The notes under the pieces are model-generated. The model had not been told where the DNA came from. It was given only the letters and a program-made list of their open reading frames with translations, and did not search any database. From assembly GCA_043750125.1 (NCBI GenBank), contig JAYVCD010000046.1, forward strand, positions 1-10,990: a stretch of 10,990 bases of DNA. The letters are read 5' to 3'. The translations under genes were made by a program, and so were the position numbers. The DNA is from Archangiaceae bacterium. GTDB lineage: Bacteria; Myxococcota; Myxococcia; Myxococcales; Myxococcaceae. Shown one piece after another: positions 1 to 6,678 of the stretch (position 1 is its first letter; each line of letters begins with the position of its first letter).

Positions 1-154
1 AGGCATCGACTACGTCGATTTCGAAACGGCGCTCGGCCTTCAGGCGAGAGCCGATGTCTTCGGTGGGCGCATTGCGCCGTTCGCCGCCGACCCGATCGCC
101 GACACCGTGTCGTGCAGTACGCCTGCCCCCGGTAACACCGACGGTGAACGATGA
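1..154 (+). CDS. Probable 3' end of an unknown gene entering from the left edge (partial)
   Basis: The frame starting at base 2 is open from the edge (GIDYVDFETALGLQARADVFGGRIAPFAADPIADTVSCSTPAPGNTDGER) to TGA at 152-154, with mostly G/C third positions. No family recognised. Confidence 0.35.
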   Translation, partial: GIDYVDFETALGLQARADVFGGRIAPFAADPIADTVSCSTPAPGNTDGER

Positions 155-289
155 ACTCACCGCCGCAGTGGATGCATTTGAAAACCAGACGCTCCAGCGA
201 TCCTCAGCGGGCGAAAACTGGACCCGGTCCCTGGCTCGCTGCATCTTGAAGAGGCTGCTTCGCCTCGTCGCGTGCAGCGATCCTGAATC

Positions 290-319
290 GGGAGCCCGGA
301 GTCCTACCTCCGGGCTCTC
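290..319. repeat. 12-bp GC-rich hairpin (possible terminator or REP-like element)
   Basis: GGGAGCCCGGAG-TCCTAC-CTCCGGGCTCTC, with one G-U pair on +. There is no clear U-tract on either strand. Confidence 0.4.
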
Positions 320-420
320 ACTTCACCTCGCCGACTTCAGGGTCAGCCCCAACCGACTCGGCCGCTACTTTTCAACCTGGGCACATGGGCTCCGCTGATT
401 AGTCGAGAAATGGGACCCAA

Positions 421-591
421 TCTCCCCGCTGGTGACATGTGAACGACTACCTGGTGCGCTGGATGCAGCGAAAGTACAAGCGGCTGGCCCGTGGGGTGAC
501 TTGCGCGGCACGTGCGCTTGGCCGAGTTGCGGAAAGCAAGCCGAAGTCGTTCGTCCACTGGGAAAAGGGGTTTCGCCCCACGGCTCGATGA
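421..591 (+). pseudogene. Group II intron reverse transcriptase/maturase, C-terminal fragment
   Basis: Reads SPRW*HVNDYLVRWMQRKYKRLARGVTCAARALGRVAESKPKSFVHWEKGFRPTAR*, matching the class D domain X tail (N.YLVRW..RKYKRL...P..F.HW). It is disrupted near 433 and has no RT domain upstream. Confidence 0.82.
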
Positions 592-668
592 TGGGAGCCG
601 GATGAGTCCGGGAGGCTCACGTCCGGTTCTGCGAGGGGCTGGGGCTAAAATGCCCCGGCCTACTCACC
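421..668 (+). mobile_element. 5'-truncated group II intron remnant, bacterial class D-like (end of maturase domain X, then DV and DVI)
   Basis: The maturase tail is followed by DV GAGCCGGATGAGTCCGGGAGGCTCACGTCCGGTTC (595-629; AGC triad, AC bulge). DVI is GAG-GGGCTGGGGC-TAAAAT-GCCCCGGCCT-A-CTC with the bulged A at 662, ending CTACTCACC (668), like the RmInt1 3' end. Confidence 0.88.
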
Positions 669-669
669 C

Positions 670-972
670 GTTCATCCCGCTGGAGATGTCGAAGGCCTGA
701 CTGCACCCGAGGCGGCGATGACGCTGGGCTTGTCAGTCGAAGCAATCAAGAGCCGCCTTCATCGCGCGCGGGCGGCGGTGCGTCAGCAGTTGCTGCCAGC
801 GCACCCTGCGGCACCCTCGGCCGGATGCCCGGACATCGTCAGCCTCTTCAGCAGGCACCTGGAAGACGACATCGACAAAGACCTCTGTCTGCGAATGGAG
901 CAGCACCTGGGGTCGTCGCGCGGCGCTCAATTCAGGCTGAGTGAATCCTTTTGAGCGACCCTGGCTCTGCTG
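670..972 (+). pseudogene. ECF sigma-70 factor remnant (region 4.2) with a fused, degenerate zf-HC2-like anti-sigma zinc domain
   Basis: DVEGLTAPEAAMTLGLSVEAIKSRLHRARAAVRQQL (from 685) is a typical sigma region 4.2 HTH. CPDIVSLFSRHLEDDIDKDLCLRMEQHL is a zf-HC2-like start, but the HxxxCxxC cysteines are missing and TGA falls at 952-954 (ESF*ATLALL). Region 2 is absent; the intron end abuts directly. Confidence 0.78.
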
Positions 973-975
973 ATC

Positions 976-1323
976 ATGTCTGCAATCGATGGAATGCTGG
1001 TGGGTGGCGCGGTCGCAACAGCGCTGTTCGTCTTCTTGCGAAGCCGTGGGAGTCTTTCCGGCGCGGAGGCTCGAAAGCTGGTCTCTGAGGGCGCGGCTTT
1101 GGTCGACGTCCGGTCGCGTGCCGAGTTTGCTTCCGGACACCTCGAGGGCGCACGCAACATCCCCGTCGACGAGCTGCCTCGGCGGCTCTCGGAACTCGGC
1201 GCGAAAGGAAAGCCAGTCGTTCTCTACTGCGCGAGCGGCATCCGCAGCGCCTCGGCGTCTCGCTCGCTGCGGAACAGCGGTTTTAGCCAGGTCCACAACC
1301 TGGGGCCATTGAGGCGCTGGTAG
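976..1323 (+). CDS. Rhodanese-like single-domain sulfurtransferase with an N-terminal hydrophobic anchor
   Basis: Motifs LVDVRSRAEFASGHLEGARNIP, the active-site loop VLYCASGIRS and the C-terminal GFSQVHNLG. N-terminal hydrophobic stretch MLVGGAVATALFVFL. Confidence 0.9.
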   Translation: MSAIDGMLVGGAVATALFVFLRSRGSLSGAEARKLVSEGAALVDVRSRAEFASGHLEGARNIPVDELPRRLSELGAKGKPVVLYCASGIRSASASRSLRNSGFSQVHNLGPLRRW

Positions 1324-1370
1324 CCGCCGCGTGCAGTTTGCGATCGCGCCCATCAAAAACGAAAACACCG

Positions 1371-1711
1371 ATGAAACCGAAGCAGGTGCTGACCCACCGG
1401 ATTGCTGCTCACGTCCGCGCTGATTCCTGAAGGGGCCAGGGCGGCTCCAGGAGCGGTCAGGCGGGTGACCCTCTTGCACATCGCCGACACCCACGCCCAA
1501 CTGGAGTCACACCCGGAATACATGCCCGGGGATGTCTGGGGGTTGGGGCCCGCGGCTCTCTGGAGTGCGAGTTGAATTCGCGGCGTTCGCGCCTCTGGGG
1601 CGAAGGCTGCGGTCGGTCGAGGTCGGGGGTAAGCCCCTGCGCGATGAGGCCCATTACACTTTTGCAGGGTGCGAGCGCGCCGAAGAGGCATTGGACGTCG
1701 TTTGCCGTCTG
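1371..1711 (+). pseudogene. SoxB-like / 5'-nucleotidase (calcineurin-like metallophosphoesterase) pseudogene with a large internal deletion
   Basis: ATG 1371 MKPKQVLT has a +1 shift near 1395 into a signal-like TGLLLTSALIPEGARA. The N-terminal metal motif VTLLHIADTHAQLESHPEYMPG follows (1465-1530). From ~1532 another frame reads like the C-terminal 5'-nucleotidase domain (SGGWGPRLSGVRVEF...GRRLRSVEVGGKPL...YTFAGCER), broken at ~1711 by intron sequence. Confidence 0.72.
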
Positions 1712-1955
1712 GGCATCATCAAGAAGCTCAATCCGGTGCTGCTGGGCTGGAGCGGGTACTTCCGAACGGGAAACGCGAGCGACAGATTCGTGAGCGTGGA
1801 CCGCTGCGTCGTGTGGCGGCTGAAGAAGCTGCTGCTCGAACGTAAGGGACGACACCTGAAACCCGGGGAGGTGCAGAAGTGGCACCCGGGCTTCTTCGAA
1901 AACCACGGGCTCGTCCGAGCTCATGGGCCGAATCCATTACCCGGGAGCTGCGTAA
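1712..1955 (+). pseudogene. Group II intron maturase-specific (GIIM/domain X) fragment
   Basis: IIKKLNPVLLGWSGYFRTGNASDRFVSVDRCVVWRLKKLL carries the LNP.L.GW..YF hallmark. A +1 shift near 1919 gives the natural end LMGRIHYPGAA*, TAA 1953-1955. The ORF-track entry 1532..2059 is a chimera of this fragment and the SoxB-like fragment. Confidence 0.87.
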
Positions 1956-2077
1956 TGCGACTGTTCGAAACCCCACCGGTAAGCCGTATGCGGGAAATCC
2001 GCACGTACGGTTTGAACGGGGGTCTTGCCTCAAACTTCAGGTTTCTCAACTCGCTGTAAGAGGCAAGATCTACCAAT
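1712..2077 (+). mobile_element. 5'-truncated group II intron remnant, bacterial class E-like (maturase domain X, DV and DVI)
   Basis: DV AAGCCGTATGCGGGAAATCCGCACGTACGGTTT (1981-2013). DVI GG-GGGTCTTGCCTC...GAGGCAAGATCT-A-CC has the bulged A at 2072 and ends AAT (2077). It is preceded by a maturase domain. The class call comes from remembered DV/DVI style. Confidence 0.88.
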
Positions 2078-3720
2078 GTCGTTCCGCAGGCTGCCCAGCC
2101 TCATCGGTGTGCTGGGGGTCTTCCTCAGCGTGACCGCGGCACCGACCACCGACGTCCCCGGTGACGGTCACCGCCAACGCCGAGGGTGAAATCAGCGCGA
2201 TGGGGCCCGACCCCACCAACGGGGCCTGGGGCTCTTCGGTGACCGTGATCCTCAAAGCGGGAAGGGCCGCTGCGCCGCCGCTCTACGTCCATTCCACCGG
2301 GCTTTCGCCGACAGTCCTCACCGCCACCGCGACCAACTTCACCCGCGCGACCGCGAGCCTCGCGGTGCGGCCGCTGGTGCTGGCCGACGACTTCGAGACC
2401 GGGACGTTGAGCGTGAATGACACTCCGGCCGGCAATTGGTCCGGAGTGTTGAAGAACAACCCGGACAGCGGAATCAGCGCGAGCCCCGCGGCAGCGCATC
2501 GGGGGGCCAACGGGACGCGGGTCATCGACGGCGATACCGACCCCAGTGTCTACAGCGCGGTGATCTTCAAGTTCGCGCCTCTGGGCACCGACCTGTTCTT
2601 CCTCACCTGGCTTCGGGTCCCCGAGCTCACGACGCTGGGACGAACGAAGCTCGCGCTGACCGGCACCGCCTATGGCAGCGGCGCGCTGCTCGCCTGGGCG
2701 GGCATCGACCGACCTTCGGGGGCCTCGCAGTACGACGCCGTGCTCTCGGGCGACTCGAACGGCACGGGGAACCTCGAGCGGATCTCGCTTTTCCGCACCG
2801 GCTTTTCCGATGGCCGCTGGCACCTGTTGGAATACGCGGTGACCCCGACCGATTGGCTGGCCCGGCGGATCATTCTCGGGTCGGCGTTCACCGCGGCGAC
2901 GGGGTTCGGAATGACCGGACTCTACGACTTCGATGACGTGCGGCTGTCGGGCACTCCGGCCCCCTCGTCGCTGCGCCTGCAGGACGCCGGAATGTTGCTG
3001 CTGCGGACCTGCAACACCCTTCGGGTTTCGCTGGTGGACTCGGTGGATGGAGGCGAAGCGGCCGCCCCCTACGATGTTCCGCTGAGCCTGACTTCCAGCG
3101 CGGGAACTTTTGCCGGGTGCCCAGGCGCGGCCGTCATCCGCGCGGACCAGTCGTTCGCGCTGGTGGGCTTTCGGCCCTCGTCGGCCGCCGCGTCGGTTCG
3201 GCTCGGAGACGACGGCGGCGATTTTCTCCCCGGTACCGGCGACGGTGCTGGCGGCGAACTTCGTCGCGGTCGTCGACCCCCGACCCAGGAAGCTCAGGAA
3301 GGACAGCGCCTCACCCTCAACGGAGCAGGCTCGAAGGCGGCTGCCGACCGGGCAATTGCCGTCTACCGGTGGAAGCAGACCGACGGCCCGGCGTTCGTCG
3401 AAGTCGGCGGGGAAAAGGCGCAAACGCTGCTCCTTTCGGTTCCGGGCCGATACGTCTTCGAGCTGCGGGTGGGCGACGCCGCCGACCTCTCTGCACCCGC
3501 GCGCGCAGAGGTGAACCTGGGCGGGGTCATCGACGGGCCCCCTCGTAAAATCGGGGGCTGCTACTGCGATTCGGGCTCGGGGTCCGCAACGCTCTACTTC
3601 GTCGCCTTCGCCGCGGCGCTCAAACTTCTCTCACGTCGACGCGCAGCCGGGGCACTTCTTCGAGCAGCGCCCGTTCCAGCAGCACCCGGCCGGGCAGGTC
3701 TGCGGCCGCGTCGGTGGTGA
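2076..3720 (+). pseudogene. Secreted surface protein with a beta-sandwich-like domain, a PKD/K319-like domain and a MYXO-CTERM-like tail; probably frameshifted
   Basis: ORF 2161..3720 has LADDFETG...WHLLE...DFDDVRL, then PKD-like LTLNGAGS...YRWKQTDGP...PGRYVFELRVGD, then GGCYC-linker-hydrophobic-RRR (3553-3642). The signal-like MSFRRLPSLIGVLGVFLSVTAAP from ATG 2076 is one base out of frame (C-run 2156-2159). There are apparent compensating shifts at ~3232 and ~3281. Confidence 0.6.
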
Positions 3721-4780
3721 GGCCCACCCGCTGACACCCCTCTACGTCGAATTCCCGGACCAGGGTGCCCAGAGACTTCGAACTCACTTTTCCCGCCCGG
3801 CTCGAGCCGGCCTGGACGACGAAGGCCCCCGGTTCGCCGGTGAGCAGTGGGGCACGGGCAAACAGGCTCGGCCGCAGCGCATCGGTCACCTTCAGCATCA
3901 ACGCCGGTGACGACGGAGTGGGAAGGAAGCTGCAGCCCAGCCTGCGTTTGTGGACGAAGAGCGGGTGGGTGAGCACCGAAGGAGCGATCCCGAAGTCGAG
4001 CATCGCCATTCCCAGCTGCTGCGCGTGACGAAAGACCAGCAGCTCGAGGGCGGCGGTTCGATGGGAAAGCTGGGTGGGCGTCAGGCTCGCCACATCGGCA
4101 AAGCCGCTGCGGTGGTAGGTGAGAATTCCCCTGCGGCGGGTGAGCAGCAGCGCTCCGGCGAGCAAACCCTTGCCGCGGCCCTCGACCAAAGCGAGCGCTC
4201 CGCCTTCGAGGAAGCCGTCTTTGAGGCTCTGCTTTTCATCGACGTGCCCGTGGGTCCCGTTCTGGTAGGGCAAGTAGAGCTCGGAATAAAACCGCTCGAA
4301 GTCTTTGCGGGCCCGCGAGACGCGCAGCTTGATCGCCGGGTCCAGGGCGACGGCGCGCAGCAACTTCTGGTGGGGTGGAAAGGGGACCCGGGCGATCTGC
4401 TCTTCGAGGCTGGCGGCCACCGGAAGTCCCGCGTCGAGGAACGGGTACCAGCGCAGCGTGTCGGGACGTTCTTCGAAAAACTTCCACGGGGCGGCGACCA
4501 CGTCGGCGCCATCGGCCTCGAGCTTCAAGCGAGATCTCTGAAGCACCAGGTCGACCGCGTTGCCGCGAAACAGCTCGGTCACCTTCGGCCGGGACCCCGC
4601 GAGAAATAGGAAATCGGGCCGCAGCGAGGCGCGCTCGACCAACAGCACCGTGTGGCTGGCGCTCTGAATCTTCAGCGCGACGAGCTGCCGGCTGGCCATC
4701 AGGCGCGCGACGCTCGAGGCCCGGTGCGTGAGCGCCGAGGTCTCGACCATCACCTGACGCAGCCATTCGCCCAGAGCCAA
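3620..4780 (-). CDS. Hypothetical protein with a GNAT/FemAB-like acyltransferase domain
   Basis: 386-aa ORF with a TTG start 9 bp after the upstream gene's stop. The segment LLAGALLL...AALELLVFRHAQQLGMAMLDFG...LFVHKRRLG resembles the C-terminal GNAT repeat of FemX/GNAT_6-type proteins. Confidence 0.6.
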   Translation of the reverse strand: MALGEWLRQVMVETSALTHRASSVARLMASRQLVALKIQSASHTVLLVERASLRPDFLFLAGSRPKVTELFRGNAVDLVLQRSRLKLEADGADVVAAPWKFFEERPDTLRWYPFLDAGLPVAASLEEQIARVPFPPHQKLLRAVALDPAIKLRVSRARKDFERFYSELYLPYQNGTHGHVDEKQSLKDGFLEGGALALVEGRGKGLLAGALLLTRRRGILTYHRSGFADVASLTPTQLSHRTAALELLVFRHAQQLGMAMLDFGIAPSVLTHPLFVHKRRLGCSFLPTPSSPALMLKVTDALRPSLFARAPLLTGEPGAFVVQAGSSRAGKVSSKSLGTLVREFDVEGCQRVGLTTDAAADLPGRVLLERALLEEVPRLRVDVREV

Positions 4781-4789
4781 GGGGGCACC

Positions 4790-5446
4790 CTAACCTGCGG
4801 TGAGCAGCCTGCGGACGTTCCCCTCGCGAACGGCGAACAGGCTGAAGGTGATCGCGTACGCCCCCAGGACATCAATCGTGTAGTGCAGGTGGGCGAGGAA
4901 GAGGCTCGCGACGACGAGCAGGTGTCCTCCCAGCATCAGCGCCCGCAGCTTCGGGTAGCGCCAGACGTACAGCAGCAGCAAGAAGGTCGTGGCGGTGTGC
5001 CCCGAGAAGAAGAGATCTTTCGTCAGGTACAGCTGCGCCGAGCCCCCCGGCGCAAAGAATGCGAACGGGTTGACCAGCTGCCAGAAGACCGCGCTGCGGC
5101 TCTGGGCGGTGAGCCCGGCGTTGAGGTCCGCGCCGTGCACCGGCCCCAGCCCGGTCGCCGCAATGCAGAGCCCGCGCAGCACCGCCAGCACTCCGGCCGA
5201 AACCATGTAGCGGATGAAGAGCTCGGCGTTCTTCTTCAGCAGCCACAGCCCGACCGGGACGTAGGCGAAGAGCCAGAGCAGATAGTTGTTCCGGTCGACC
5301 CACGCGACGTACGGGACCACGCTCAACACCGCGTCGGGCAGCGAGGGCGCCGCTCGCGCCTCGGACCACAGCGCCAGCCACAACATCAGCGCGTAGCAGC
5401 CGAACCGAAACGCGAAGCTGAGAGCGACCCGCGCTGGAAGCGGCAC
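4790..5446 (-). CDS. Sphingomyelin-synthase-like / PAP2 superfamily membrane phosphotransferase
   Basis: Several hydrophobic segments, plus KDLFFSGHT and HLHYTIDVLGAY, matching the SMS/AUR1 D3 and D4 motifs (H-H-D triad). GTG start preceded by GAGG. Confidence 0.82.
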   Translation of the reverse strand: MPLPARVALSFAFRFGCYALMLWLALWSEARAAPSLPDAVLSVVPYVAWVDRNNYLLWLFAYVPVGLWLLKKNAELFIRYMVSAGVLAVLRGLCIAATGLGPVHGADLNAGLTAQSRSAVFWQLVNPFAFFAPGGSAQLYLTKDLFFSGHTATTFLLLLYVWRYPKLRALMLGGHLLVVASLFLAHLHYTIDVLGAYAITFSLFAVREGNVRRLLTAG

Positions 5447-5475
5447 GCGCCCTCATACCCCAGTGGCTCCCACCC

Positions 5476-6000
5476 TCAACCAAGAGTGAGCGCGAGCGCG
5501 GCCGCGTTGATCGTCGCGGCCACCCGGACGGCATCGTGCACCTGCTCTTCGGTCAACCCCGCTTCGAGCACGGCCTTTTCATGGGCCCGAACGCAGGCCT
5601 CACAGCCGTTGATCGCCGAGACCGCCAGGCACATCAGCTCGAAGTCGGCCTTGCTGCCCTTGACCGCGACCAGCCGGTTCATTCGCAGTCGGGCTGGTTT
5701 TTGCGAGTAGATCTCGCGGCCGACCTGATGGCGAAACCGGTAGTAGATGTTGTTCATCGCCATCAGCACCGCGGCGGCGACCGCGTCTTCAATCACCCCG
5801 TCGGTCACCCCGGCGGTTCGGGCATCGAGAGTCAGGGCCGAGACCAGCTGGGGGCTTCGAGCGCTGTGGGCCGAGGCAATCGCCACCGAAAAGCGCTGGG
5901 CGTCGGTGAGTGCGCCGGGCGCCAACACCGTCGTCAGGTTCAGCTTGATGTCCCGCGCCACGTCGGGCAGCGACGCGCGCAGCAGCTCTAGCCCTTCCAT
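5476..6000 (-). CDS. ahpD: Alkyl hydroperoxide reductase D (carboxymuconolactone decarboxylase family)
   Basis: MEGLELLRASLPDVARDIKLNL, MAMNNIYYRF and ELMCLAVSAINGCEACVRAHE (E, CxxC, H). The ATG at 6000-5998 overlaps the ahpC stop (TGATG); the ORF-track start at 6048 is too long. Confidence 0.95.
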   Translation of the reverse strand: MEGLELLRASLPDVARDIKLNLTTVLAPGALTDAQRFSVAIASAHSARSPQLVSALTLDARTAGVTDGVIEDAVAAAVLMAMNNIYYRFRHQVGREIYSQKPARLRMNRLVAVKGSKADFELMCLAVSAINGCEACVRAHEKAVLEAGLTEEQVHDAVRVAATINAAALALTLG

Positions 6001-6539
6001 CACGCCGCCTCGAGGGTCTTCTCGCCCTGCTTCCAGTTGCACGGGCACAGCTCGTCGGTCTGAAGCGCGTCGAGGGTCCGAAGCACCTCTTCGACGTTCC
6101 GCCCCACGTTGAGGTCATTGACGCTCACCCAACGAATGACGTTCTGGGGGTCGATGATGAACGTCGCGCGCAGGGGTACGCCTTCCTTCTTGTCCAGCAC
6201 TCCCGCGCTGCTCGCCAACTCGCGCTTGATGTCGGCCAGCATCGGGAACGGCAAGGTCTTCAGGTCGGGGTGGTCTTTGCGCCACGCCAGGTGCACCCAG
6301 TGGGAATCGCTGCTCACGCCCAGCAGCTGCGCGTCGCGTTCCCTGAATTGGGCGTTCTTCTTTCCGAACTCGGAGATTTCGGTGGGGCAGACGAAGGTGA
6401 AGTCCATCGGCCAGAAGAACACCACCTTCCACTTTCCGGGGTGGGTGGTTTCGGTGATGGCTTCGAACTCGTTGCCTTTCTCGAGTGAGACCACGGCCTG
6501 AAGGTTGAATCGGGGAAACGTGTCGCCAACAGTCAGCAT
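6000..6539 (-). CDS. ahpC: Peroxiredoxin AhpC (2-Cys, actinobacterial-like C-terminal CxC)
   Basis: Starts MLTVGDTFP after an AAGGA RBS. Peroxidatic motif FWPMDFTFVCPTE, then GRNVEEVLR and the resolving region DELCPCNW. Confidence 0.96.
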   Translation of the reverse strand: MLTVGDTFPRFNLQAVVSLEKGNEFEAITETTHPGKWKVVFFWPMDFTFVCPTEISEFGKKNAQFRERDAQLLGVSSDSHWVHLAWRKDHPDLKTLPFPMLADIKRELASSAGVLDKKEGVPLRATFIIDPQNVIRWVSVNDLNVGRNVEEVLRTLDALQTDELCPCNWKQGEKTLEAA

Positions 6540-6575
6540 GGGAGTCCTTGGCTTTGCGGTTGAGATCTCCAGATG

Positions 6576-6608
6576 CGGAGAACAATTCTCCGTTTCAAGT
6601 GATTCTCC
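6576..6608. promoter_or_regulatory. Candidate Fur/PerR-family operator upstream of ahpC
   Basis: Inverted repeat CGGAGAA-CAA-TTCTCCG (6576-6592) with a 7-1-7 core GGAGAAC-A-ATTCTCC, and a second ATTCTCC half-site at 6602-6608. It lies in an AT-richer divergent intergenic region. Confidence 0.4.
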
Positions 6609-6678
6609 TTTTTCCGGCATCAGGGTGTCTGATTCGATCGAATCGCGCAGCCGCGCAGCGGTTAGGCTGGGTTGCGAA

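Noticed and set aside
380..420. Possible IS terminal repeat ending in CA at the intron breakpoint
   Set aside because: I found no partner inverted repeat, target duplication or transposase fragment in the window.
54..700. ORFs 54..398+, 343..558- and 512..700+
   Set aside because: No recognisable motifs. They run across a hairpin, the maturase remnant in another frame or strand, and intron DV/DVI.
952..954. In-frame TGA as selenocysteine or programmed readthrough
   Set aside because: The position does not correspond to a zinc-finger Cys, I see no SECIS-like hairpin after it, and the surrounding sequence is degenerate.
1532..2059. 175-aa ORF as a real single protein or an active maturase
   Set aside because: It is a chimera of a SoxB-like C-terminal piece, maturase domain X and frameshifted readthrough across DV/DVI. 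No RT domain or YADD motif is present.
421..2077. Retron, DGR or other RT-based defence system
   Set aside because: Only domain X tails with canonical DV/DVI are present. There is no RT core, no TR/VR repeat pair and no msr/msd-like flanking repeats.
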